NCBI GenBank assembly: GCA_043823065.1
Contig: JBDRBB010000010.1
Location: 219,725-283,724, forward strand
Direction: 5' to 3'
Origin: Pseudomonadota bacterium
GTDB lineage: Bacteria; UBA10199; 2-02-FULL-44-16; DYJF01
DNA length: 64,000 bases
Translations under genes and position numbers: made by a program
The notes under the pieces: generated by a model
The model's input: the letters and a program-made list of their open reading frames with translations, nothing else
The model's database searches: none
Told to the model about the DNA's origin: nothing
Shown here: positions 17,365 to 27,205 of the stretch, one piece after another
Position numbering within the stretch: position 1 is the stretch's first letter
How the letters are laid out: each line of letters opens with the position of its first letter

Positions 17365-17847
17365 ATGAAAAAAGTAATCGGTGTTGGGTTGGCATTAGCG
17401 ATTGGCCTGAGCTTTTCTCAGGCAGCAATGGCTGAAAAAACAAAATTAAAAGGCAAAGATGCCAGTATGCATCAGATTATTCTGAGCACCAAACCAGCTG
17501 ATGTGGAAATAGTTGGTCCGTATCAACATTCAATTAAATTATATCAGCTTAAAACAGATGAACTAGCTTACTGGGTTCCTGAAGGCGGAAAATATATTGT
17601 TGATGGCAATTACGCCTATCTTTGGTGCCGAGTTTATAAGAAAAATGACGCTAAATCAAAATATCATTGGCTTGCCATTGCCAATAGTGCCTTAAACAAG
17701 GCTTTGAAAGTGGGGCATGAGTATCAAGGCGGAGTTGCTTTTTATCAGCTAACCTATGATGGCAAAATGTTGCACTTTAAGGCTTATCTCTATTCTACGC
17801 TACATGCCATAGCTGCTGGCGAGAAGGTCATTGATATGCGGGAATGA
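17365..17847 (+). CDS. Secreted hypothetical protein
   Basis: GGGGG RBS and signal peptide MKKVIGVGLALAIGLSFSQAAMA; stop codon lies in a GCGGGAATGACA REP remnant. Confidence 0.7.
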   Translation: MKKVIGVGLALAIGLSFSQAAMAEKTKLKGKDASMHQIILSTKPADVEIVGPYQHSIKLYQLKTDELAYWVPEGGKYIVDGNYAYLWCRVYKKNDAKSKYHWLAIANSALNKALKVGHEYQGGVAFYQLTYDGKMLHFKAYLYSTLHAIAAGEKVIDMRE

Positions 17848-17942
17848 CAAAATAATATTATATGCCTGGCTGAACGCGTATGTTATAACACATTGACAAT
17901 TTGGTCCAATGTACTATAGGTGCGCATTTTCAGGGAGGCTCT

Positions 17943-18230
17943 ATGTTTGCTGCAGGTGAAGACAATAGGATAAATATAATCATGTCTAATGTTAGGGGTA
18001 TGTCGCTTGGTTGTAATTGTTTGGTTGAAAATGATGTACTTTTAGGTTGCACCAATCAGATGGGAACAAGCCAAGGTTGTGATTATTTTGCCGTTGCTGA
18101 TGATGCCGGCCAAACCTACTGGAGTTGTGCTACGATAAGTAATTCTCGAAATCATCAATTTAATTTATTTAATCTTATCTTTGGAAATGATTTTCAGGCA
18201 ATCTTGCATAGATTAAGAAGTTTGTTTTAA
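17943..18230 (+). CDS. Small Cys-rich hypothetical protein
   Basis: GGGAGG RBS before ATG 17943; followed by a terminator. Confidence 0.5.
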   Translation: MFAAGEDNRINIIMSNVRGMSLGCNCLVENDVLLGCTNQMGTSQGCDYFAVADDAGQTYWSCATISNSRNHQFNLFNLIFGNDFQAILHRLRSLF

Positions 18231-18262
18231 AAGAATGACCACTTTTTGGTGGTCATTTTTTT
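18229..18262. terminator. Bidirectional intrinsic terminator
   Basis: AATGACCAC / GTGGTCATT stem with A and T tracts between convergent units. Confidence 0.7.
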
Positions 18263-18263
18263 G

Positions 18264-18336
18264 TGGAGCAGAGGAGATTCGAACTCCCGACCCCCACGTT
18301 GCGAACGTGATGCTCTCCCAACTGAGCTACTGCCCC
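18264..18336 (-). tRNA. tRNA-Ala(CGC)
   Basis: Cloverleaf GGGGCAG...CTGCTCCA, G3:U70 pair, anticodon loop TTCGCAA. Confidence 0.95.
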
Positions 18337-18346
18337 GAAAAAAATG

Positions 18347-18418
18347 CACCCCCGGCGGGAATCGAACCCACGCTTCCTGCTCCGGAGGCAGGTGCTCTAT
18401 CCACTGAGCTACGGGGGT
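18347..18418 (-). tRNA. tRNA-Arg(CCG)
   Basis: Cloverleaf, anticodon loop CTCCGGA, T-loop GTTCGATTC. Confidence 0.95.
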
Positions 18419-18428
18419 AAGGTTTTTG

Positions 18429-18500
18429 TGGGCGCGACAGGGATTGAACCTGTGGCTTCTACCGTGTGAAGGTAGCACTCTCCCGCTGAGTTACGCGCCC
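18429..18500 (-). tRNA. tRNA-Val(CAC)
   Basis: Cloverleaf GGGCGCG...CGCGCCCA, anticodon loop TTCACAC. Confidence 0.95.
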
Positions 18501-18590
18501 TTAAAAGCTGTATATCGTCTTTCGTACGTCTTAAGGCAGCGGTATTCCTATATGAAAAAGAAAAAATGTTCAAGCAATTACAATATTAGG

Positions 18591-19004
18591 TTAAATTTCT
18601 ATTTTTACCTTGGTGTTTAAGGTGCGAGCAACTAGGCAGTATTCCTCAGCTTTTTCGCAGAGCATCTTTATCTTAACATGATCAGTTTCAGATTCAGTTT
18701 TAACTGAAGGCCGAATCACAATCTCAGTTACTTGCTGATGTTTGCCATCTGCTGAAGAAACCTTGCCTTCAATTGTGGAAGAAAAACTTTTGATCTTAAT
18801 GCGCATCTTTTCGGCAATAGACAAAAGTGTAAGTAAAAAACAGCTTTCTATAGAAGCCAAAAATAAGTGAGGAGGGGTCCATTCCTGAGGATGATCTTCA
18901 AAATTTTTCAATCCAACCAAATCCACTGGCGGACGATTTTCAAACAGAGAGGTGGTTTTTCCAGCCTCATAGCGAAGTTCTGTTGAAATTATTTTTGAAT
19001 CCAT
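18591..19004 (-). CDS. OsmC/Ohr family protein
   Basis: WTPPHLFLASIESC and AEEYCLV two-Cys pattern. Confidence 0.85.
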   Translation of the reverse strand: MDSKIISTELRYEAGKTTSLFENRPPVDLVGLKNFEDHPQEWTPPHLFLASIESCFLLTLLSIAEKMRIKIKSFSSTIEGKVSSADGKHQQVTEIVIRPSVKTESETDHVKIKMLCEKAEEYCLVARTLNTKVKIEI

Positions 19005-19030
19005 AATTTTCCCCCTGGGTATTTGGTAAT

Positions 19031-19666
19031 CTATTTTTGGTTTGATATTTTTTTATTAACCTGGAAAAAACCGTCTTCAAGATTTTGGTTGATCTGAATG
19101 TTGGTGAACGTGTAGTTGGTGATATTGCCCGAAGGGTTTCTTACGCGCAGTTTAACTAAATAATTATCTTGGTTGAACAAGGTGTCCAAAGTTTTATATT
19201 GGGCACTTTTATTCTTAGGGATCAGTTCAAGAGCGCTAAAGTTTTGCTCTACATTTTCAAATGCCTGAGATTTCTTGATCTTGAATTCTTCGTTTAATTT
19301 GCCAAAGCCAGCTAAAAAAGATAGGGCTTCTTTGGGTATGGTTTCATCATTTAATTCATATTCTTGCTGACTGGCCTTGTCCCCAACATTATAGATCCAA
19401 AGTTTTGTTCCATCAGAAACATAATGTTTTTCCGGATCTCCCTTATATTCAATTCTTAACTTACCACCTTTTTTAAAATAAAATTTTCCCTGCTTGGTCA
19501 CTGTCTTATCAATCAGCTTAACATAAGTAGTCTGCGTAAAATCCGCACTTATGGTTTCAATGTCTTGATAGGTCTTCTGAATTGCCTCAATTTGCTCATT
19601 CAAAGAACCAGCATAAGCAATTGATGCAAATAAAAGAATTAATATAGTGACAGGTATAAATTTCAT
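19031..19666 (-). CDS. lolA: Outer-membrane lipoprotein carrier LolA
   Basis: SADFTQ, GKFYFKKGGKLR and VSDGTKLWIY motifs; directly downstream of ftsK. Confidence 0.88.
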   Translation of the reverse strand: MKFIPVTILILLFASIAYAGSLNEQIEAIQKTYQDIETISADFTQTTYVKLIDKTVTKQGKFYFKKGGKLRIEYKGDPEKHYVSDGTKLWIYNVGDKASQQEYELNDETIPKEALSFLAGFGKLNEEFKIKKSQAFENVEQNFSALELIPKNKSAQYKTLDTLFNQDNYLVKLRVRNPSGNITNYTFTNIQINQNLEDGFFQVNKKISNQK

Positions 19667-19678
19667 ATTTGGTGTTAT

Positions 19679-19824
19679 AAGCTACTGATAGGTATGTTGC
19701 TGAGCGGCGTGCGAGCGAGCCATCACGGCAGCCTGTATAACATGGCGAGCGAAGAACGCTTCCAAAATTTCTGGCGCATGAAGAAATTTTGGATTTAGCG
19801 AAGCGACGTACCTATCAGTAGCTT
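19679..19824. repeat. 146-bp element, copy 2: conserved core plus different 22-bp arms
   Basis: Arms AAGCTACTGATAGGTATGTTGC / GCGACGTACCTATCAGTAGCTT; core shared with 9309-9410. Confidence 0.85.
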
Positions 19825-19838
19825 TAAGTTGATAAAAT

Positions 19839-22193
19839 TTATTTTGCAACACTAGTAATCAGAACTTCTCTGGGCTTACTACCATCAGCAGGCCCTACCA
19901 CGCCTTCTGCTTCCATCTTCTCAATTAACCTGGCTGCCCGGTTATAACCAATGCGCATACGGCGCTGAAGCATGGAGATTGAGGCTTGCTTGGTTTCAGC
20001 AATTAAAGCCACAGCTTGATCGTAAATCTCATGATCATCTTCGTCTATTTCTCCAAAACCATTAGCTGTTTCCTTGGGCGCAGTTAAAATTGCTTCGTTA
20101 TAAACTGGGCTACCTTGTTTCTTTAAGTGTTCCACAATGCGGTTCACTTCTTTTTCTGAAAGAAAAGAGCCGTGGACGCGGATCATCCTGCCGCTGCTGG
20201 GCGTCATAAACAACATATCTCCATAACCCAGCAAAGTTTCCGCGCCAATAGCATCTAAGATGGTGCGTGAATCATGGCGGGCGCTGGTGCGAAAGGCAAT
20301 GCGCGCTGGAAAATTTGCTTTGATCAAGCCGGTAATTACATCTACTGAAGGCCGTTGGGTAGCTAAAATTAAATGTATGCCAGCAGCTCTGGCCATTTGA
20401 GCTAGTCTGGTAATGGTCTCTTCCATTTCACTGGAAACAGTCATCATTAAATCAGCCAGCTCATCTATAATGATGACAATGTAGGGCAAAGTGCCAGTAT
20501 GGGGAGTTGCTTCTTTATCTTGTTCCAAAATTTGCCCGGCCAATTCTTCAGTGACTAATTCCAGTTCTCCAGAACGCACCTTTTCATTATAACCAAGAAT
20601 ATTCCTGGCGCCGGCATTTGATAGTAAACGATAACGACGTTCCATTTCTTTTACAGCCCAGCGCATAGCTAAAATACTTTGTTTTGGCTTAGTGACAACT
20701 GGCAACAACAAGTGCGGAATTCCGTTGTATGTTGAAAGCTCCAGCATCTTAGGATCAATTAGGATTAAACGCAGATCCTCAGGCGAGCATTTAAAAAGTA
20801 GGCTGGCAATCATGGAATGAATACACACGCTTTTACCAGATCCTGTGGCGCCAGCCACCAGCAAATGCGGCATCTTGGTTAAATCTGTAACCAGAGGCCT
20901 GCCGTCAGTCATAGCACCTAAGGCAATAGATAACTTAGAGTGACTTTTTTCAAATGGAGGAGCAGAAATTATTTCGCGCAAAGAAACGATTTCCCGATCA
21001 TTATTTGGAACCTCAACTCCAACCGCTGCTTTGCCAGGAAGATGCGGTAAAACGCGCACGCTCCTACCGCCTAAAGCCAGGGCCAGGTCATCTTCCAGAT
21101 TAGTGATTTGGTTGATTTTAGTGCCTATCGCTGGTTCAAATTCATACATGGTAATGACCGGACCAGGATGGATGGCAACAACATTTCCTTTAACATTAAA
21201 ATCAGAAAGCTTTTGTTCCAAATATAGTGATTGTTTTTTTAAGGCTTCTTCATCAACTTCCATTTTAGGTTTATCAATTGTATCCAGTAGAGAAATAGGT
21301 GGGGGATTGTAACCATCCATCTGGTTAAATTTGAGCTGGTTAGCTGTTGATTTTTTGGCTTTTAAGTCTGCACGATCCAATATTTTAGGACCAGCTGCTT
21401 TTTCGGAAGCTGGTTTGATAAAAATAGGAGTTTTTACTGAAGCTGGTTTTTCAACATTTACGTTATGGGTCGAGGCAACATTGACCATGCGCTTAACTGG
21501 CGCAACTGATTCCAAAGGTTCGTTTCTAGTGAGTAAGCGTTTGATAACTTCAATAATCTTTTTTAAGACCAAAGGAATTTTTCTGCCAATTACAGCCAAG
21601 CTATCTCCAAAATTAATGGTAATTGCTGCTAGCCCCAAACCAATTTTTCTCAGTACAGCGTAAATCCCCTGTATAAGCATGATGGGCGTAATATGGGTGG
21701 CCAACATAAAGGTTACTAAGCAGCCAGCTAGCAAAACCAGAACCGCTCCAGCTTTATTTAAATAATGGACAAAGATTTCACCTAGCAAACCACCAACAAT
21801 GCCACCTCCGGCAATAAGATGACCGTGAAGACTAATGGTTTCAAAAAAGATATGAATTAAAGCTGAAATAAAAATAAGTAAAAAACTATAGGCAATTGCT
21901 TCACCCAGCCTAGGTTTAATTTTTCGACCAACCAATTGGGAGAGGCCCACCAAAAATAGCAAACTAACTACTACATAGGCACTGATACCAAAGATAACAA
22001 AAAGAAAATCTGCGATATAAGCGCCAACAACTCCGCCCAGGTTTTGAATTTTGCTGAGATTGGAAACTGAATTAAAAGCAGGATCTGCGGGGTGATAGGA
22101 AACCAGGCATAAAGTTAAAAAAATGGAAAAGATTACCAATAAAATCGCCAGGGCTTCCCGGCGATAATTATGTGTCTGTGTTTGTTTTTTCAT
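19839..22193 (-). CDS. ftsK: DNA translocase FtsK
   Basis: N-terminal TM domain, GATGSGKS, IIDELADLM and gamma domain SMLQRRMRIGYNRAA. Confidence 0.97.
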   Translation of the reverse strand: MKKQTQTHNYRREALAILLVIFSIFLTLCLVSYHPADPAFNSVSNLSKIQNLGGVVGAYIADFLFVIFGISAYVVVSLLFLVGLSQLVGRKIKPRLGEAIAYSFLLIFISALIHIFFETISLHGHLIAGGGIVGGLLGEIFVHYLNKAGAVLVLLAGCLVTFMLATHITPIMLIQGIYAVLRKIGLGLAAITINFGDSLAVIGRKIPLVLKKIIEVIKRLLTRNEPLESVAPVKRMVNVASTHNVNVEKPASVKTPIFIKPASEKAAGPKILDRADLKAKKSTANQLKFNQMDGYNPPPISLLDTIDKPKMEVDEEALKKQSLYLEQKLSDFNVKGNVVAIHPGPVITMYEFEPAIGTKINQITNLEDDLALALGGRSVRVLPHLPGKAAVGVEVPNNDREIVSLREIISAPPFEKSHSKLSIALGAMTDGRPLVTDLTKMPHLLVAGATGSGKSVCIHSMIASLLFKCSPEDLRLILIDPKMLELSTYNGIPHLLLPVVTKPKQSILAMRWAVKEMERRYRLLSNAGARNILGYNEKVRSGELELVTEELAGQILEQDKEATPHTGTLPYIVIIIDELADLMMTVSSEMEETITRLAQMARAAGIHLILATQRPSVDVITGLIKANFPARIAFRTSARHDSRTILDAIGAETLLGYGDMLFMTPSSGRMIRVHGSFLSEKEVNRIVEHLKKQGSPVYNEAILTAPKETANGFGEIDEDDHEIYDQAVALIAETKQASISMLQRRMRIGYNRAARLIEKMEAEGVVGPADGSKPREVLITSVAK

Positions 22194-22199
22194 AGCTTA

Positions 22200-23714
22200 T
22201 TAATCTTTAATAAGTGAGGTAAATAAATCAACAATATTTGGATCAAACTGTCTGCCAGATTCTTTATTAAGTTCAATTAAAGCCTGGTCTGGTGATAACG
22301 GCCTTGGGCGATAAGGTTGTTCATTTATCATAGCATCCCAGGCTTCAGTTAACCCGATAATTCGGGCCCCAAGTGGAATTTCTTCTCCTTTTAGGCCAGC
22401 TGGATAACCATTGCCATCATATCTTTCATGATGACAAGCAATTAATTCTAGCTCTTGGCTCAAGAATGGCGAGCCTTTAATAATTTGTGTGCCTAAGAAT
22501 GTGTGTTTTTGCAATAGTTCTCTTTCAGCAATGGATAGCTTGTCGCTTTTAATAAGGATTCTATTTTCAATAGCAAGTAAACCAATATCGTGCAAAAGGC
22601 CTCCTCGATAAGCCACCTTGGAAAGGCCATTGTCAGCATCAATTTTTTTGGCCAATTGTTCAGCATAAAAAGCCACTCTTTCGGCATGCCTAACCAGATA
22701 TTTTTTATGTTGGGGAATGTTGTTAATTACTTTTAGGGTGGCTTGAAAAGCATTTCGTTCTGCTTCTAGGCCAATGCCCATTATTTCTCGGTTTAATTCT
22801 TCAATTAATTGTCTATCTTCTCTAAGTGGTTGATGATTTTCCTCTAAATCCAAATTAGTGCAGATTTCATTTTTTTTCTTGGAAAGGGTAAGGGCAGCTA
22901 AAGCAGTGCGAATTAAATCATCACAGGTTTTAATGTTTTTTCCCAAGGCAGAAACTCCCAAGCCTAAAGATATTTGCGAATTTTTGCAGATTGCCTTGAA
23001 AATTCTTTCTGCAGCTTTTATTGAAGAACGCAAAGTTGTTTCAGGTAACAATATAGCAAATGAATTGTCGCCAAACCTGGCCGCAATATCAACTTCCCTG
23101 ATAGTGGAGCAGATACTACTCGAGGTATTGGCTAAGATACGGTCTGCTTCATGCGGGCCGAGTTTGTTATTGAGAGCAGAAAAATTATTAAAATCCATAA
23201 TAATCAGGCCCAACGATCTTTTATAACGATTGGCTTTTTTTACTTCCTGTAAAATAATTTCATTAAAATAGTGAAAATTATATAGATGGGTCAGTTCATC
23301 GCGAGTTGAAGCTTCTTTTAAACGATAGGCTGTTTTTGTGATTTGTTGATGAAGTTGCTGGCGTTCTTTTAAGTGGCCAACGCTACGAATAATAGCTGTG
23401 CTATTAAGTTCTTCTTCAGTGATAATATCCCGACGTCCTGAAATAAGGCCTTGAAAATTTTTAACTTGATTAATGTCTGCAACCACCAATAACACAGGTG
23501 TATCTGTTAAAGTTACAATTAGCTTGCGTATTTGTTTTTCTGGAATAGAGCAAGTGTCAATAATTACAACATCAACATCTTTGTTGATGTCAGCTTCATT
23601 TTTCAGCAAGTTGATTTGCAAGTTTGGATAAGCGCGCAAAAGAGTCTTGCTAATTGCTTTCTTGATATTTTCTCTGCCTAAAAACTGAATGGCTAAAACC
23701 TTAGAGCCCACCAT
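22200..23714 (-). CDS. Degenerate GGDEF plus HD-GYP signalling protein
   Basis: RDELTHLYN, REVD I-site, FGDNSF in place of GGDEF; LLHDIG and HHERYDGNGYP. Confidence 0.88.
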   Translation of the reverse strand: MVGSKVLAIQFLGRENIKKAISKTLLRAYPNLQINLLKNEADINKDVDVVIIDTCSIPEKQIRKLIVTLTDTPVLLVVADINQVKNFQGLISGRRDIITEEELNSTAIIRSVGHLKERQQLHQQITKTAYRLKEASTRDELTHLYNFHYFNEIILQEVKKANRYKRSLGLIIMDFNNFSALNNKLGPHEADRILANTSSSICSTIREVDIAARFGDNSFAILLPETTLRSSIKAAERIFKAICKNSQISLGLGVSALGKNIKTCDDLIRTALAALTLSKKKNEICTNLDLEENHQPLREDRQLIEELNREIMGIGLEAERNAFQATLKVINNIPQHKKYLVRHAERVAFYAEQLAKKIDADNGLSKVAYRGGLLHDIGLLAIENRILIKSDKLSIAERELLQKHTFLGTQIIKGSPFLSQELELIACHHERYDGNGYPAGLKGEEIPLGARIIGLTEAWDAMINEQPYRPRPLSPDQALIELNKESGRQFDPNIVDLFTSLIKD

Positions 23715-23723
23715 TAATCCTCC

Positions 23724-24242
23724 TTACAAATAGGTTGTTACTTCTTCAATTTTTCTTCTCGGGGTAGGGGCTGGTGTTTCTGCTGGCATGCCAATAGGTA
23801 ATATGGCTATAGGTCTGAAGGCAGCAGGTAGATTTAAGATTTTAGTTGCCTCTTCTTCTTTAAAAGCGCCAATCCAACAGCAACCTAATTTAAGTTCAGT
23901 AATTGTTAAGAGCATGTTTTCAATAGCAGCAGCAGTGTCTTGCAAGGAGTAAGTTGATAGTCCACGTTCGCCATAGGAGCGTTGCATGTGTCCTAAATCA
24001 GCGCAGACTACAATCACTACAGGAGCAGAAGCTATAAATGGTTGATGCCCAGCTTCACTTGCCAGGCGTTTTTTGATTTGCTTATCTCTGACTACCAGAA
24101 ATCTCCAACACTGGGTGTTGCCAGCAGAGGGAGCCCAAATACCTGCCTCTAAAATTTTATTAACAGTAGCTTCATCTACAGCAATATCAGGATTAAATTT
24201 CCTGATGGAACGACGGGTTTTGATAAGTTCCATGAGTTCCAT
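23724..24242 (-). CDS. Nitroreductase family protein
   Basis: RRSIRKF, APSAGNTQCW and LGCCWIG motifs. Confidence 0.92.
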   Translation of the reverse strand: MELMELIKTRRSIRKFNPDIAVDEATVNKILEAGIWAPSAGNTQCWRFLVVRDKQIKKRLASEAGHQPFIASAPVVIVVCADLGHMQRSYGERGLSTYSLQDTAAAIENMLLTITELKLGCCWIGAFKEEEATKILNLPAAFRPIAILPIGMPAETPAPTPRRKIEEVTTYL

Positions 24243-24259
24243 AAATCACCTTTTTATAA

Positions 24260-25003
24260 TTAAAGTAACAAATCATCCAAATCAGGTATTAAATCTTCTT
24301 TTGGAGGAGGCTCTTCTTTAGGAGGAGGTTTAGGTTTAGCCTTAGCAGGCGCTGGTTTGGAAAAGCCGTGGCGATATAATGAGAGATCATCGCTATTTGA
24401 GCGCACAATGTCAATGCGATGTCTGGATTGTTTTTCCCATTTTTTTAAGGCTTTTTCCAAAAGAGGCTGATTCATTGACCACAGCAAGGTATTTTCACCT
24501 TCTAATTTTTGTTCAGAAAATAAACGGTAGCTAATGGAGAAAGCCTCTGAACCTGTTTCATCAGGGCCTCCCCAAATTACAAATGAAGCTGGCTCTTGAA
24601 TTTGAATACGTACACTTTGTTCTGGTTGCCATTCAGTGCGTAAAAATCCCACAATATTTAGATTTAGTTTTAAGACCCAAATTGGATCAGTAAGACTTTT
24701 CATGATGAGCATCAGCTCATCTAAAAAAGTCATTTGTTTTAAGTTATTTTTAATAATTTGTTTTTTGGAATTGTAAGTAGTAACTTCAATAGAATCTGGC
24801 AGGAGTAAACCGAAAAACGAGCGCAAAAAATTAAAAACCTGTTCAAAGAACCACACATTGGTTTCTTCAGCATTCATTTTGGTGAAATCCAGTTTGGCAT
24901 TAAATCCCCAAGATCCAAGTACAAAATTCTTGCGTGAATGTTCATGTAGAAAATCATCCAGACCAGTTGGAATGTCATATTGAGGCATAGTTTTTGTAGC
25001 CAT
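24260..25003 (-). CDS. Hypothetical protein with Pro-rich C-terminal tail
   Basis: 247-aa ORF co-oriented with the operon; no recognised motif. Confidence 0.65.
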   Translation of the reverse strand: MATKTMPQYDIPTGLDDFLHEHSRKNFVLGSWGFNAKLDFTKMNAEETNVWFFEQVFNFLRSFFGLLLPDSIEVTTYNSKKQIIKNNLKQMTFLDELMLIMKSLTDPIWVLKLNLNIVGFLRTEWQPEQSVRIQIQEPASFVIWGGPDETGSEAFSISYRLFSEQKLEGENTLLWSMNQPLLEKALKKWEKQSRHRIDIVRSNSDDLSLYRHGFSKPAPAKAKPKPPPKEEPPPKEDLIPDLDDLLL

Positions 25004-25054
25004 AGCCCCTAATTTAACGCAAAATAGGTGGAGAATAAAGGAAATATTTCTATC

Positions 25055-25197
25055 AAATACTAATATCTAAATCCTAAGCACTAAATCCTAAACAATTTCA
25101 AATTACCAAAATTCAAATTTCTAAACATGAATTTTTGAGCATTTGGACATTAAAATTTTGAATTTGTTTAGGAATTAGAAATTAGGATTTCGGATTT
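25055..25197. repeat. AT-rich heptamer-periodic palindromic element, copy 2
   Basis: CTAAACAATTTC.AATTACCAAAATTCAAAT shared with copy 1; mirrored right arm. Confidence 0.8.
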
Positions 25198-25201
25198 GTT
25201 T

Positions 25202-27199
25202 TTAGGCTAATTCGTATTTGAGTTCATGTTGGGGCCAGATTACTCTGATATTGATTTTGCGGCCGGATTTAGCTGCCACAAAACCCCAAGCCATGGCATA
25301 CCATTCGATTTGTACTTCTGGGGTTACCTGTTCTGACTTGCCAATGATAATTTCATCTGCATTTAAGTCAAAAGCAACTTTGGCTGTGGCAAAGGCCGGA
25401 TCTTTGGCTGGGACCACTAAAGGAATAACAGTGGTGCCATGGCGTTCGGCCAAAGCTACCACATTGGTAATTAAGTGTTGTTCATCTTCAGGTAAGGTAT
25501 GCAGATCGCCCTTGGGTTGATGTGGATAACGATCAACGGTTAAAACAATTACATCTGTGGTGTGGTGATCTACTTGATTTAAGGCAACCTTAAGGTGAAA
25601 TAAGCTCATGGGGTCACGAGCAGCTACAACAATGCGATGCTCATTTTTGCAACCCAGATGTTCAGGTGTAATTTCATCTTCATAGCGCAAATTTACTTTT
25701 TCATGTTTATCTTCAGCCATTTTTCGCAATTTTTTATTATGATATTCTGAAAGAACCAGAATCATAAAAAAAGAAATAGTAAAAATCATTCCCCATTTAG
25801 TGGCTATGGTTTTGGTAAAGATATTTAAGATGGAAATCAGCAATAAACCAACAAAGATTAGAGCCAAGCCAATTGGCACTTCCATGCCAAACACAGTGAG
25901 ATTAACTGGCACTTTCCATTCGCGAGGAGCTTTGTTTTTAAAACGCAAAATCAATACCGCAGCTGTTTGAGTGGTAAAGCTCCACATCACGCCAAAAGCA
26001 TACGCTTCACCCAGTAAAAATATGTCGCCGCGGCAGAGCAATACAATAATCACTTGAACAACAGCAATGGAGGTAATCAGGCGATGGGTTGTACCGTATT
26101 TTTTATGTGGTGTGCGGAACCAGCTGGCTAATACTCCATCTTCTGCGACCCGGCATAAATCTCCATTAGCGCCAATCATGGCAGTGTTGACAGCGCCAGC
26201 TAGAATTGTGGTGCCCACAATTACCACTACGCCTTGAAAAATCAGTCTCAAAGTATAGGGGCCTTTCAGATACATGACCAAACCAGCAATCAAATTGTCT
26301 TGAAATTGTAGACGAACATCATCTGGGATGATCATGATCGCAAAAAAAGTAGTTACCGCAGTAAACATAAAGCTAAAAGTAAAGATGATTATGGCTGCGC
26401 GCTTCATGTTTTTAAGCTTGGGCTTGGCGATTTCTCGGTAAACCTGCGACAAAGTTTCTTCACCACTCATGGCTAGCACAGAATGGCCAATAGCTACCAT
26501 TACCCCAATAGCGCCGATTTGCTTAAGCCAGGATACATTATTTAACAAACCCCAGGCTTCAGGCGTAATTTGGGGGGTAAATGGTGGTAAGGGTTTGGGA
26601 TCCAAAATTAAACTAATAATTGACCAGCCTAGTAATACCACAACCATGCTGGCCGTCAGTTTCATAATTTTCAGGGCCTTGTCACTTGATTCTTTGATAC
26701 CAATTACATTTTTGTGCCAAAAATATAAAATTATAGCTATGGCAAAAACAACAGCCCCTGGTGCAGTTGGAATTGTTAAATTAAGGCCAAGTAAGGGAAA
26801 TATATCATTGAGAAAGCCCATTAGGTAGCTGCCAGCGCTGACTGAGCTGATAGGGCCAGTTAAGGCAAAATCAAAAATCAAAGCTGAAACTGAAAGTTTG
26901 GCTAAAGTGCCACCCATAGCTTCTTTAACTACGCGGTAAACTCCAGCTCGTACAAACATGCCGCAGGATTCAATATAGGTGGCGCGCACGCCGTTGGCAA
27001 AGATCATGACCATGGCAATATACCAAGGCGCTGCTTTGCCAAAAGCCTGTTCAGCAATACCGCCGACATAATAGGCAGTGGAAGCTAAATCACAAAGGAC
27101 AATGGCTCCAGCACGCCAGAAAGAAATAAAGGATAACATCGCAGTGGTAATCACAACAGCAGTTGTGCGTGCCCGATAGGGCGCCATTTGATCTTTCAT
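25202..27199 (-). CDS. APC-family permease with C-terminal USP-like domain
   Basis: About 12 TM segments, DLASTAYY and AMSGEE; soluble C-terminus with ADEIIIG. Confidence 0.8.
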   Translation of the reverse strand: MKDQMAPYRARTTAVVITTAMLSFISFWRAGAIVLCDLASTAYYVGGIAEQAFGKAAPWYIAMVMIFANGVRATYIESCGMFVRAGVYRVVKEAMGGTLAKLSVSALIFDFALTGPISSVSAGSYLMGFLNDIFPLLGLNLTIPTAPGAVVFAIAIILYFWHKNVIGIKESSDKALKIMKLTASMVVVLLGWSIISLILDPKPLPPFTPQITPEAWGLLNNVSWLKQIGAIGVMVAIGHSVLAMSGEETLSQVYREIAKPKLKNMKRAAIIIFTFSFMFTAVTTFFAIMIIPDDVRLQFQDNLIAGLVMYLKGPYTLRLIFQGVVVIVGTTILAGAVNTAMIGANGDLCRVAEDGVLASWFRTPHKKYGTTHRLITSIAVVQVIIVLLCRGDIFLLGEAYAFGVMWSFTTQTAAVLILRFKNKAPREWKVPVNLTVFGMEVPIGLALIFVGLLLISILNIFTKTIATKWGMIFTISFFMILVLSEYHNKKLRKMAEDKHEKVNLRYEDEITPEHLGCKNEHRIVVAARDPMSLFHLKVALNQVDHHTTDVIVLTVDRYPHQPKGDLHTLPEDEQHLITNVVALAERHGTTVIPLVVPAKDPAFATAKVAFDLNADEIIIGKSEQVTPEVQIEWYAMAWGFVAAKSGRKINIRVIWPQHELKYELA

Positions 27200-27205
27200 A
27201 GGAGA

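Noticed and set aside
17893..17917. TTGACA...TACTAT sigma70 promoter
   Set aside because: Spacing is 13 nt, too short
18227..18620. Short ORFs of 61-83 aa
   Set aside because: They overlap the three tRNA genes
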